From the NCBI GenBank assembly GCA_041690395.1, contig JAWLHJ010000002.1, forward strand, positions 64,001 to 128,000: a stretch of 64,000 bases of DNA. The letters are read 5' to 3'. Under the pieces are notes generated by a model. That model did not search any database and was not told the origin of the DNA. It saw only the letters and a list, made by a program, of their open reading frames with translations. Below, piece by piece: positions 1 through 10,200 of this stretch (within the stretch, counting starts at the first letter, position 1; each line of letters opens with the position of its first letter). This stretch comes from Longimicrobiales bacterium. Lineage in GTDB: Bacteria > Gemmatimonadota > Gemmatimonadetes > Longimicrobiales > Gaopeijiaceae. A program made the position numbers and the translations under genes.

Positions 1-293
1 CCGTCGTGCGACCACTCGGGGTTCGAGCTCTCGGCGCCCGGCGTCGTTGCGCGGTAGGGCTCACCGCCGTCGGTCGGCGCGATCCAGACTTCGCGGTGCC
101 GCCGGTTCTCCGACTCGACGACCGTCATGACGGTGAAGGCGACCATGCTCCCGTCCGGTGACAGCGCCGGCGACGAGAGGGTCGTCAGACGGTACCAATC
201 GGAGGGCTCGAACGCCCGCCCCTGGGCGGCCACGTCGGGCGCCCAGGCGGCCAGCAACGTGACGAGTACGACGTAGATCCATCGGGTGGCCAT
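1..293 (-). CDS. S9-family peptidase, N-terminal part (runs off the window start)
   Basis: Not in the ORF track; translated by hand. ATG at 293 with GGAGGGAG upstream gives MATRWIYVVLVTLLAAWAPDVAAQGRAFEPSDWYRLTTLSSPALSPDGSMVAFTV..., a signal peptide followed by the SPDG propeller repeat typical of S9 N-termini. The catalytic domain is outside the window. Confidence 0.7.
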   Translation of the reverse strand, partial: MATRWIYVVLVTLLAAWAPDVAAQGRAFEPSDWYRLTTLSSPALSPDGSMVAFTVMTVVESENRRHREVWIAPTDGGEPYRATTPGAESSNPEWSHD

Positions 294-337
294 GATCTCC
301 CTCCGTGGGCGTTTCGTGGATGTCTCGCCGGCGCCGA

Positions 338-2278
338 TCATCGATCGGACAGCTCGGGCAGACGGAGGTGCTCGGAAAAGAAGTCGACCATGCGCTCCAG
401 CCTGTCGCGCACGGTGGCTTTGTAACGCCTGAGCGAGTGGTCCTCGTCGGGATACTCCACGTAGATGAAGTCCTCCCGTCCGAGGTCCTCCATGCGCTCG
501 GCCCAGATCTGTGACTGGCGGGGCAGCACCGCGCTGTCCCTCAGCCCGTGCAGGAGGAGCTGCGGCACGATGGTCGCGTCGGCGAAGTTGATCGGCGAGC
601 GGCGGTGGTACTCCTCGGGGATCTCGGCTTCACTGCCGCCGAACTCGCTCCGCTCCCGGCGCGGCGTGCGCGTGGCGGTCCAGGCTCGTCCCGACGCACC
701 GTAGCGGTCGATGGCCAGGAGCTTCCAGTCGGACACCGGGGCCCGGATGACCTGGGCTTCGAAGGCGTCGGGTGCCTCGGTCGCGATGACGAAGCTCATG
801 TAGCCGCCGCCGCTCCCGCCCCAGGTGGCCTTTCTCGTCATGTCGACGTAGCCGAGCCCCTCCAGGTATGGCAGGACCGCCATCACGTCCCCGAACTCGG
901 CACCCCCGTAGTCCGCGACGTGCAGGTCGTGGAAGCCCGCGCCGAACCCCCGGCTTCCCCGCGGATTGGGCTTGACGACGACGAATCCCCGCTCGAGGAA
1001 AAACTGGTCCATCGGATCGAATGAGTGGTTCCACTGCCCGGGATGTCCGTGAAGGCGCACGATGACCGGATAGCTTCCGCCCTCCTCGAAGCCCCATGGC
1101 CTGAGGAGCATGGTCGGAATCGGCAGGTCGCCCACCCCGGGATAGCGGACGTCCTCGGCCACGCTCAGCCGTGCCGGGTCGACCTGCCCCATGGAGCGTG
1201 TCAGCTGCGTGGGCGTGCCGCCCCCGGCAGGGACGCTCCAGATGTCCGACGTCCGGTTGGTGGCCTCTTCCAGGTAGGCCACGCTGCCACCGTCGGGAGC
1301 GAACTGCGGCGAGGCGCGCAGGGCCGTTCCCTCGGTCAAGGTCCGGTGCTGCCCCGAGCCGTCGGCAGGGGCGACCACCACGTGGTTCGCAGTCATCCGC
1401 TCGTCCGCGCGCACGAAGACGAGGGTGCGCCCGTCCGGCGACCAGCTCGGGCTCCCGTGGTCCCTGGGCTCGCGCGTGATCGACGTGACGCGTCCGGTCG
1501 CGACGTCCGCCACGCCGATCTGGCCGAAGCCGCTCTTGCCCGTCGTGAAGGCGATGCGGGTCCCGTCGGGGGACCAGACCGGCGAGCCGTTGCCCCCCTG
1601 GTGGGCCGGCTCGATGACCCGCCGGGGCGTCGTTCCTTCGGCGTCGGTGATCCAGATGTCACCGCCGCGCTGGAACGCGATGCGTGAGCCGTCCGGCGAC
1701 CAGATCGGCGACCGCTCGTCGTTGGACTCCGGGAGCAGGAGCCGCGGCCACGCGGTGGGCGCATCCAGATCCTCGATGAAGATCCGGGTCGACGTGCCGG
1801 TCCGCGCGAAGTACGTCAGCGTCCGACCGTCCGGCGCCAGCGAGGGTCCGCCGTGGATCATCGCGTCGTTGAAGGTGACCCGCGTGGTCTCCCCACCCGA
1901 CGCCGGCATGGTGAAGATGTTCAGGTACGACTGGAACAGGCTCGCAGCGGTGAAGATCAGCCGCTCCCCGTCGGCGGAGACGGCCAGGTCGCCCTTGGGC
2001 TCCGCACGCCCGTCGATGGGAGCGGACGAGATCTGCGTCGGCGTGCCGCCATCGGCAGCGATCCGGAAGATCTCCCAGGTGCCGTTGTCGGCGGCGTTGC
2101 TCGTGTAGAACAGCGCATCTCCGCCGGGCGCCCACACGAAGGAGCGGACCGAGCTCACGGTCATCCAGTCGTCGAGGTCGTAGGCCGCCTGCTGGGCCGC
2201 GACGTGCGATCCGGCCAGGAGCATGCCGCATCCGAGCGCTACCGCCGTACGGGTACGTCTCACCACCATCGCCTCCAT
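338..2278 (-). CDS. Secreted S9 (prolyl oligopeptidase/acylaminoacyl peptidase-like) peptidase with PD40/TolB-like propeller
   Basis: Signal peptide; repeated WSPDG motifs; HGHPG, NPRGSRGFG, nucleophile elbow GGSGGG, Asp (RDSAV) and His (EDHSL). Confidence 0.9.
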   Translation of the reverse strand: MEAMVVRRTRTAVALGCGMLLAGSHVAAQQAAYDLDDWMTVSSVRSFVWAPGGDALFYTSNAADNGTWEIFRIAADGGTPTQISSAPIDGRAEPKGDLAVSADGERLIFTAASLFQSYLNIFTMPASGGETTRVTFNDAMIHGGPSLAPDGRTLTYFARTGTSTRIFIEDLDAPTAWPRLLLPESNDERSPIWSPDGSRIAFQRGGDIWITDAEGTTPRRVIEPAHQGGNGSPVWSPDGTRIAFTTGKSGFGQIGVADVATGRVTSITREPRDHGSPSWSPDGRTLVFVRADERMTANHVVVAPADGSGQHRTLTEGTALRASPQFAPDGGSVAYLEEATNRTSDIWSVPAGGGTPTQLTRSMGQVDPARLSVAEDVRYPGVGDLPIPTMLLRPWGFEEGGSYPVIVRLHGHPGQWNHSFDPMDQFFLERGFVVVKPNPRGSRGFGAGFHDLHVADYGGAEFGDVMAVLPYLEGLGYVDMTRKATWGGSGGGYMSFVIATEAPDAFEAQVIRAPVSDWKLLAIDRYGASGRAWTATRTPRRERSEFGGSEAEIPEEYHRRSPINFADATIVPQLLLHGLRDSAVLPRQSQIWAERMEDLGREDFIYVEYPDEDHSLRRYKATVRDRLERMVDFFSEHLRLPELSDR

Positions 2279-2292
2279 GCCTTGTCACGTAC

Positions 2293-2344
2293 GATGCGGA
2301 CGAGCCCCCGAAGGCAACTCATGCCTCCGGAGGCCCGCCGCACC
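2293..2344 (-). terminator. Intercistronic GC-rich stem-loop between susD and the S9 peptidase
   Basis: On the minus strand GGTGCGGCGGGCCTCCGGAGGCA-TGAGT-TGCCTTCGGGGGCTCGTCCGCATC forms a roughly 22-bp stem with G-U pairs and one bulge. No U-tract. Confidence 0.55.
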
Positions 2345-2381
2345 CGTTTCGTTCAGGACGACTCGCTCGGTCGCGAGCCCG

Positions 2382-3773
2382 TCAGCTGGTTCCAGAGATG
2401 TTCGGGTTGCCGATACGCTCCACCGTCGGCAGCGGGAAGCACGTCACGTCACCGTACGCGCCGCCGACGCTGTCCACCCCGTCGGGATGGATCGATCCCG
2501 GCTCGCCGAGCCACGGGATCTCGTGGATCGTGCCCTCGAAGCGGAGCATGTCGTTCATGCGATGCCCCCCTTCCACGAACAGGTCCCGCCGCCGCTCCTC
2601 GATGATCAGCGCCATCATCTCGTCCTCGTCGTTCACGTCGACGTAGGTGACCTCGGGCAGCCCGAGCTCGTTACGCCGATCGTTGATGATGTCGAGCGCG
2701 AGTTGGCCGTCGTCCGTGCGCGCGTAGGCCTCGGCCAGGAAGAGCTGCGCTTCCTTGTACGACGCGATCGGCATGGGGCTCGACCGCGACGTGTACTTGT
2801 CGTGGTGCCACAGCGGGGTCACCTCGTTGTGCCCGAAGAGGCCGAGGTTGAAGACGTTCACCCTGGGGTCGGGCACGCCGCCGACCTGGGCCTGGCCCGG
2901 CCGCCCGTCCACCGGATCGATGGTCAGGTCGTGGAACGTCGACGTGATGGTGCCGTGTGCGTTCTGGACCTGACTGTTCACCGAGTTGTAGTTGAAGTTG
3001 TAGCGGCGGGACGACTCGCCACCGCGCGTGGCCACCTTCAGATACCCTTCCGGGACCTGGCTCGCGTCGGCGATGACACCCGGCCAGTCCTCGAGCACGA
3101 GCCTCACCCGTGCTCGTCCTACCAAGGCCATGTTGAGCGCGTCGTCGTTCCCCGATGCCTGCGCGAGGGTGATCGCTTCGCCGAACCGCGCCTCCGCGCG
3201 CTGCAGCGTCTGGGCGGGAGTCAGCAGCGTCCCCGGCACGCCCTCCTCGTCCGGAACCGTCATCTCGCAGAAGCCTTCACCCAGACCGACGAGCGCGTAT
3301 CCTCCGAGCGCCCGCAGCGTGGCCAGATGGCTCTGGAGGTCCGGGACCTCGGCGAACTCCGGCGTGCTCAGCCGGCTGTAGACGTCGTTCGCCTGGAACC
3401 GGGCGGTGTGAAGCGGCGCGTACATCGAGTACGCCGTGGTGCATTCACCCGTACTCAGGCGCTGGTCGTTCGCCTCGAGCTGCCGCCATCCCATGTTCCG
3501 CCACCAGGCGTTACCCGAGGCGTTCATGTACTCGTCCGAATGATGGGAGGCTCCCCCGGAGTACATGGACCAACCGCACTCGAGCGCGGAGATGGCGCTA
3601 CGAACCAGCAGGTCGGCTACCTCCGGGTCGTTGAGGTCGGCCTCGAGCACCTGGCCCGGGAGCTCGACCTTGAGAATCTCGTCCATGTCGCACGCGCCGA
3701 GCGCGGCCACGGCGACCAGGACGGTGGTCAGGCGCGCCAGCTTCCGCAGGCTGCCACGAATTCCAGCCCTCAT
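2382..3773 (-). CDS. RagB/SusD-family outer-membrane lipoprotein
   Basis: Start at 3773 (GAAGGAG RBS); lipobox ALGAC; SusD motifs EAQLFLAEA, ERRRDLFVEGGHRMND and C-terminal FPLPTVERIGNPN; directly downstream of SusC. Confidence 0.9.
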   Translation of the reverse strand: MRAGIRGSLRKLARLTTVLVAVAALGACDMDEILKVELPGQVLEADLNDPEVADLLVRSAISALECGWSMYSGGASHHSDEYMNASGNAWWRNMGWRQLEANDQRLSTGECTTAYSMYAPLHTARFQANDVYSRLSTPEFAEVPDLQSHLATLRALGGYALVGLGEGFCEMTVPDEEGVPGTLLTPAQTLQRAEARFGEAITLAQASGNDDALNMALVGRARVRLVLEDWPGVIADASQVPEGYLKVATRGGESSRRYNFNYNSVNSQVQNAHGTITSTFHDLTIDPVDGRPGQAQVGGVPDPRVNVFNLGLFGHNEVTPLWHHDKYTSRSSPMPIASYKEAQLFLAEAYARTDDGQLALDIINDRRNELGLPEVTYVDVNDEDEMMALIIEERRRDLFVEGGHRMNDMLRFEGTIHEIPWLGEPGSIHPDGVDSVGGAYGDVTCFPLPTVERIGNPNISGTS

Positions 3774-3853
3774 CTTATGGACTCCTTCGCCGAGTCGCGT
3801 TTCATCTCTTCGTACGTCCGACCGCTCGCGCGGCGCTTCGTCACGGCCGCGCA

Positions 3854-6800
3854 TCAGAACGTCACCCGCAGCGTGGTCGAGAAGCGCTTACTCATCGGCC
3901 ACGCCTCCTGGTGCACTGCGTTTATGCCCGGCGTCTGGCCGCCCGTCTGGGTGACGCGCTCCGGATCGATGGACCGATGCCCGAAGCTCTCCTCGGCCCC
4001 CATCCAGATCAGCCAGAGGTTGTCCGCCGACACGGTCAGCGTCAGGCGCGACGCGCCGATGCGATCGGCCCAAGCCGTGGGGAGCCTCGCCTGCGCGGAG
4101 ACGGTACGCAGCTTCGCGAAGTCACCGCTCATGATGCCCGGCTGGGGCCGTCCCTCGGCGCCCATCGTCAGGTAGGACACCAGAATCGGATCGGTCGCCT
4201 CGACCGCCGCCCGCGTGTTGAAGAACGAGTGGTGCGCAGAGCGGATGTCACCGTTGATCCAGGTGCGGCCCTTGATGAAGTCGACCAGCGCGTGGAGCGT
4301 GACGTTCTGGAAGAGCGTGACCGTGCTGCTCGCGCTCCCGCTCCACTCCGGGAGCGGCTGCCCCCAGTAGACGAGCGGCGCGTCCGCGCACGGCACCGGC
4401 GCGCCGCCTCCCGACGAGAAGTCGGTGTCGCCGACGCGCGTGCCACCCTCGCACATCATGTTCATGGCGCGGTTCCGCAGGGGCGGGGTCCGCTCCTCGA
4501 TGTCCGCGTCCACGACGCGCTTCGCGAAGATGCTCCCGATGGGGAAGCCGGGCACCTGGTACTGGCCCTCCGTGACGTTCTGGATGACGAACGGCTCGGA
4601 GCCGAGGCTCACGATCTCGTTCTTGGCCGAAGCCAACGTGAAGCCGAAGTCGACGCTCACGTCGTCGCCCCGATACGCCTGCGCGTTCAGGCCGATCTCG
4701 ATACCCGAGTTGCGCGTCTCGCCCAGATTCTGGAACTGGAAGCCGGGGAAGCCGAGCGAGGGAAGCACCGGCACACGGATCAGCGCGTCCTTCGTCCGCT
4801 GACGGAAGTAGGTGAACTCCGTGCTGATACGCTCGTTGAAGAGCGAAAGGTCGAAGCCGAGCTCGATCTCGTCGCCGACCTCGGGCTTGAGGTCCGGGTT
4901 ACCGACGTTGTCGGGCGCGATGGCCGCCTCGCCCTCATAGCCGTCGACCGGCTCGTACGTGCGCACGGCATCGAACACGTCCGGCTGGGTGCCGGCCTGG
5001 CCCCAGGCGCCACGGAGGCGAAGGGTGCTCAGCCAGTCGAGGTCCGCGAGGAATGCCTCCTCGCTCGCCACCCAGGAGCCCGACAGCTTCGGATACGTGA
5101 CGAAGCTGAAGTTCTGACCGAACGCGGAGTTGTCGTCACCCCGCATCGCGCCGGTCAGGAAGAAGCGGTTCTTCCAGCCTATCTCCTGCTGCACGTAAAG
5201 ACCGAACGAGCGGTTCTCCCAGTACTCCTCGTCTCCGGTGCGCACGGCACCGGACGAGACCGTCTCGAGGATCTCGAGGGGGAAGCCTTCACCGGTGGCG
5301 ATCGACGCCTCGTGGACGCGCCGGTAGAACTGCGCGCCGGCCGAGGTCGTCAGCGAGAGGTCCGACGTCGCGTCGAACGTGGCGCTCGCGCCGTAGTCGA
5401 TGCTCGAGTACGTGGAGCGTGTATGACCGACGTCGCGCTGACCGTCGTTGTTGCTCATGCCGCGCTTGCCGCCGGCGCGGAACAGCCGGGTGTCGCGCAG
5501 GTTGGAGAAGTCGCCGCCGAACACCACCCGGTGCGTGAGCCACTCCGTCGGGGTGTGCGTCACGGTCAATCCGGCGGTGTTACGGTCGACGTCCTGGTAC
5601 CCCTGCACGTCGCCGTCGGCGAAACGCTCCGGCAGATAGCCGATGTAGCCGCGCATCGGTCCGTCGAGCGCGCTCCCGGCACCGCTCCCCGGCTCGCAGC
5701 CGGGCGAGGGGCAGGCCCACAGCACCGCGGTCGTCCAAGCCTGCTGCGGCGAAGCCGTCTGCGCGCGGCTACGTACCGCGCCCAGGCTGAAGTCGAAGCT
5801 CAGCTGGTCGTTCGGATTGTAGCTGAGGTTGGCGCGACCGCCCATGCGGTTCCGCCAGTTCCAGGAGATGTAGCCCTCCTCACGGTCCCAGTCCGCGGAG
5901 AAGTAGTAGCGCAGGGTACCTGCGCCACCGCTGATGTCGGCGCCGATCGCGGGCATCTGGCCGGTACGGAACCAGTTGTATCCGTAGAGGTCACGCTCGA
6001 GCTCGAGGATCTTGACCTCGACGACCTCACCCGCGTTGCACTGCAGCCGCGGATCGACGTCGACGGTCTGCGAGACACCGGTGCAGCGGTAGTACGTCGG
6101 CGTGAAGTAGTTCACGGGGTCGGGGAGCCAGTTGGCCCCCTGGCGCAGACGGAGGTTGATGGTCGGCTCCCCGACCGCGCCCTGCTTGGTGATGATGTTG
6201 ATGACGCCGTTGGACGCCTCGGTGCCGTATAGCGTCGCAGCGGCCGGACCCTTGATCACCTCGATGCTCTCGATGTTCTCGGGCGGGATGTCGTTCATGG
6301 GCGAGGGCGCGCCGTCGGTGAACGCGACCGTTCCGATGCCGGGGGCCGCGTTACCGCCGCTCACGCGCACGCCGTCGACGTACACCAGTGGTGCCGCGCC
6401 CAACGAGATGCTCGACACGCCGCGGATCCGCTGGATGCCGCCGGAGCCGACCTCACCACCGGACGCCATGATACGAACGCCCGGCACGTTGGTGCTGAGC
6501 ATGTCCGTCACGTTGGTGACCGGGGTGACCTCCTGGATCTGGGCGGCCGAGACGCGCCCGACCACGTTGCCGAGGGCCCTGCTCTGCTGTCCACCAGCGG
6601 TGCCTGTCACCACCAGTGCGTCGAGCGCGATGGCCGTCTCGTCCAGTCGGATCTCGATGTTGACCGTCTCACCCGCCGTGACGGTGACCTGCCGTTCCTG
6701 CGCGCCGAACCCCAGCGTCTCGACCCGGACGGTGTGCTCGCCGGCCGGGACATTCAGGAGAATGAACTGGCCCCCGTTGTTCGTGAGGCCACCGAGGCCG

Positions 6801-6973
6801 GTGCCGGGGATCGATACCTGGGCTCCGACCAGCGGGCGACCCGCGTCGGACGCGACCGTGCCGCGAACCGTGCCGGTCGCCTGCGCCTCGACGGAGGTCG
6901 CGGCGAAGACGAGCGCGAGGCCGGCGACCGCCAGTCCGCTCGTCAGGCGTTGCAATGCACTCGGGGGTTTCAT
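3854..6973 (-). CDS. SusC/RagA-family TonB-dependent receptor
   Basis: Signal peptide, carboxypeptidase-regulatory-like N-domain, plug motif IESIEVIKGPAAATLYGTEASNGVINIITK, GNPDLKPE, C-terminal Phe. Start 6973 chosen from the GAGGTG RBS. Confidence 0.93.
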   Translation of the reverse strand: MKPPSALQRLTSGLAVAGLALVFAATSVEAQATGTVRGTVASDAGRPLVGAQVSIPGTGLGGLTNNGGQFILLNVPAGEHTVRVETLGFGAQERQVTVTAGETVNIEIRLDETAIALDALVVTGTAGGQQSRALGNVVGRVSAAQIQEVTPVTNVTDMLSTNVPGVRIMASGGEVGSGGIQRIRGVSSISLGAAPLVYVDGVRVSGGNAAPGIGTVAFTDGAPSPMNDIPPENIESIEVIKGPAAATLYGTEASNGVINIITKQGAVGEPTINLRLRQGANWLPDPVNYFTPTYYRCTGVSQTVDVDPRLQCNAGEVVEVKILELERDLYGYNWFRTGQMPAIGADISGGAGTLRYYFSADWDREEGYISWNWRNRMGGRANLSYNPNDQLSFDFSLGAVRSRAQTASPQQAWTTAVLWACPSPGCEPGSGAGSALDGPMRGYIGYLPERFADGDVQGYQDVDRNTAGLTVTHTPTEWLTHRVVFGGDFSNLRDTRLFRAGGKRGMSNNDGQRDVGHTRSTYSSIDYGASATFDATSDLSLTTSAGAQFYRRVHEASIATGEGFPLEILETVSSGAVRTGDEEYWENRSFGLYVQQEIGWKNRFFLTGAMRGDDNSAFGQNFSFVTYPKLSGSWVASEEAFLADLDWLSTLRLRGAWGQAGTQPDVFDAVRTYEPVDGYEGEAAIAPDNVGNPDLKPEVGDEIELGFDLSLFNERISTEFTYFRQRTKDALIRVPVLPSLGFPGFQFQNLGETRNSGIEIGLNAQAYRGDDVSVDFGFTLASAKNEIVSLGSEPFVIQNVTEGQYQVPGFPIGSIFAKRVVDADIEERTPPLRNRAMNMMCEGGTRVGDTDFSSGGGAPVPCADAPLVYWGQPLPEWSGSASSTVTLFQNVTLHALVDFIKGRTWINGDIRSAHHSFFNTRAAVEATDPILVSYLTMGAEGRPQPGIMSGDFAKLRTVSAQARLPTAWADRIGASRLTLTVSADNLWLIWMGAEESFGHRSIDPERVTQTGGQTPGINAVHQEAWPMSKRFSTTLRVTF

Positions 6974-7035
6974 GGGCTCACCTCGCCATAGGTTCGGGAT
7001 GCGCAAGTCAAGACTTCAAACAATGGGCTCCACAT
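6970..7035 (-). CDS. Putative 21-aa leader peptide (MWSPLFEVLTCASRTYGEVSP) coupled to susC
   Basis: GGAGGAG 5 nt upstream of ATG 7035; its TGA overlaps the susC ATG (ATGA). Confidence 0.45.
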   Translation of the reverse strand: MWSPLFEVLTCASRTYGEVSP

Positions 7036-7130
7036 AGGCGCTCCTCCGGTTGTAGACCCTGGGGGGGGCGGGCCGGCTACGAGAACGTGTAACGACCTGT
7101 GTCTTAAGGGTCGGCCGAGGCGCACGCAAG

Positions 7131-7152
7131 GGCGCCCCCCTGTGGGGGCGCC
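7131..7152. terminator. Short hairpin downstream of the BNR-repeat gene
   Basis: GGCGCCCCC-CTGT-GGGGGCGCC, a perfect 9-bp stem; no clear U-tract. Confidence 0.35.
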
Positions 7153-7220
7153 TCCTGCCGCGTATACGCTCCCGACGACCTCCGCGCAGCTTGGGCGCTA
7201 GAGCCGCGTTACCGTGCTCG

Positions 7221-10200
7221 TCAGTCGTCCGACACCGTCGGCAGACGGATCGGCGAGAGCGGCGCTGGGCGCGCTCCGGGGCTGTAGACGTCGTTCTCGA
7301 GCTGGGTGAGCTCCCCCGAGATGAGGGTGTTCAGCTCCTGGATGGCGGCGCGCGTCCGCTCCCCGGCCAGGTCGATCTGCCACGCCTGGTCCTCCGTGGG
7401 CGGATCGTAGATCCCCTCGACCGCTGAGCCCAGCCGGCCGCCGGGCCGTCCCTCGTTCAGCTGCTCGACCGCTTCGGCCAGCCGCGAGGTCACGTTCTCC
7501 GCCCGCCCCAGAAGGGCTTCGGCCTCCTGCCCTCCGTGCTCGAGGGCGGCCTCCACGGCTCCGACGCGCGACTCGACCTGCTCGACGGCCTGGTCGGCCC
7601 GGTGTGCCAGAACGTTCAGCTCGTGCAGGCGCCTGAGCGCCTCCTGCCGCTGGGCCAGCACGGCCGTGGTCGTCTCGACGCGCGGGTCCATACGCACCGC
7701 GACCTGCGTGGTCACCGTCTGGCCGCCCGCGATGAGGCGCACATCGAAGTCGCCCGGAAGCACCGGCACGCCAGACCCGGCCTCCTCCTCGTCTTCCGCG
7801 AGCATCCGGAAGTCCCACGCGGTCTGCTGGATACCGGCGTCGCCGGGCCCTTCCAGCACCCGGATCACCTCGCCCCCGGAGTCGAGCACCTCGAGCCGGA
7901 CATCGTCGCCCTGGTCCTCGGCGAGCCAGTAGCGGATCCGCAAGCCGTCCGGCGGATTGTCGCCGTAGAACTCGGACGGATGGAACCAGGGCCCGGGCGC
8001 GAGCACCCACATGGTGCCCCGCTGCCCGTCGAACAGGGCCGCCGGGCGCTCCAGCACGGCATCCCGCGCGATCTGCTCGAGCGGTCCCACGTCGTCGAGG
8101 ACCCAGATGCTCCGTCCGTGGGTGCCGATCACGAGGTCGTTGTCACGCGGATGGATGCGCATGTCGTCCACGGGGACCGTCGGGAAGTTGCCCGTGAGCC
8201 GGGTCCAACGCTGGCCCGTGTCGACCGAGAAGTAGAGTCCGACCTCGTTCCCGACGAAGATCAGCCCGGGCGTCCGGGGATGCTCGCGCACGGCGTTCAC
8301 CGACGCGTCGGCCGGAAGCCCGTTCGTGATCGGTCTCCAGCTCTCGCCGAAGTCGTCGCTCACGGCCACGTACGGCCGGTAGTCGTCGTTCCGGTGTCCA
8401 TCGAACGCGACGTAGACGCGGCCGGGCACATGATGCGAAGCCTCGATCCCGCTGACCGTCATCCCGTGCACGAGCCCCGGCACGTCGTCGCTGAGGTCGG
8501 TCCAGCTGGCGCCGTCGTCGCGCGACCCCCAGAGCTTGCCGTCGTCGGTCCCGGCGTACAGCACCCGAGCGTCGAGCGGCGACTCTCCGATCTCGGTGAT
8601 CACCCCGTAATGGCTCGTCCCGTCGTTCAGCGACAAGGTGCTGTCTGTGACGGGCATCCCCATGATGCTCAGCGTGTCCCGGTCGACCTGCCGGGTGAGG
8701 TCCGGGCTGGCCTCCTCCCAGGTCATCCCCCGGTCGCGGGTACGGAGCAGATGGTTCGCCCCCGCGTACAACGTGCTCGCGTCGTGCAGCGACAGGTGCA
8801 GCGGCGTATTCCAATGCCAGCGGTACTCGCGCTCCATCGCCTCGAGCGGTCGCGCCGTCGGCTGGAGCTGGGCCGTCTCTCCCGTGTTCTGGTGGAAGCG
8901 CCCGAAGCGGCCGTTCTGCGACTCGCTGTAGACGATGTCCGGATTCGTGGGATCGATGAGGTTCCAGAATCCGTCGCCACCCCACACCCGGTGCCAGTCC
9001 TTGTTGCTGGGACCACCGCTCGAGATCCGTCCTGCGTCGGTCAACGTCCGGCTCGGACCGCACCACGAGTTGTTGTCCTGCAGTCCGCCACAGATCCAGT
9101 ACGGGTCGCGGTTGTCGACGTCGATCTGATAGAACTGTCCGGTCGCCAGGTTGTGGTGGTGGATCCAGTTCCGTCCGCCGTCGCGCGTCGAGGCGACCCC
9201 GCCGTCGGTGCCCAGCAGGGCATGGTTCGAGTCGCTCGGGTCGATCCAGATCGCGTGGTGGTCGAGGTGCACGCCGTCGGCCGCGTCCCCTTCCCACCAG
9301 GTGCGGCCGCCGTCGTCAGAGATGGAGAGCGTGACACCACCGAGGTAGATGCGCTCGGGATTGCTCGGGTCGATGCGGACGATCGAGAAGTACATCGGCC
9401 GCGGGTTGCGGGTGCTGATGCGCTCCCAGCTGTTCCCGCGATCCTCGGAGCGGTACAGCCCGCGCCCTTCGTCGTCGGACTCCACGATGGCGTACAGGAG
9501 GTGCCCGTCACGCCGGTAGATATCCAGACCGATCCGGCCTTTGTACCCCTCGGGAAGGCCTTCGGTGAGCTCCTCCCAGCTCTCGCCGCCGTTCAGGGTG
9601 CGGTAGATGCCGCTCCCGTCCCCATCGGCGCTGTATCCCCAGGGCGTGCGCTGGCGCTGATACATGGCCACGAAGAGGGCGTTCGGGTCGCTCCGGTCCA
9701 TGACCAGGTCGATCGCCCCGGTGTGCTCGTCGATGTAGAGGACCTTCTCCCAGCTGTCACCCCCGTCCGTCGTGCGGAAGACACCTCGCTGCTCGTTCGG
9801 ACCCCACAGGTGCCCCATGGCGGCCACGTACACGATGTCCGGATTCGTCGGGTGGATGACGATGCGGCCGACATGGCGGGTGTCCTCGAGCCCGACTGCC
9901 TCCCACGTGCGCCCCGCGTCGAGCGACTTGTACACGCCCGTCCCGTAGGGTGATGACTGGCGGTTCTGCGGCTCACCCGTGCCCACCCACACGACGTTCG
10001 GATTCGACGGAGCCACCGTGACGGCCCCGATCGAGGCCGACGGCTGCTCGTCGAACAGCGCCGTCCACGACTGTCCCCCGTTCTCCGTCCGCCAGAGTCC
10101 ACCACTCGCGAAGCCCGCGTAGAAGATGCTCGGGTTGCCCTCGACCACGGCCAGATCCGAAATGCGCCCGCCCATGACGGCCGGCCCGATCTCTCTCAGC

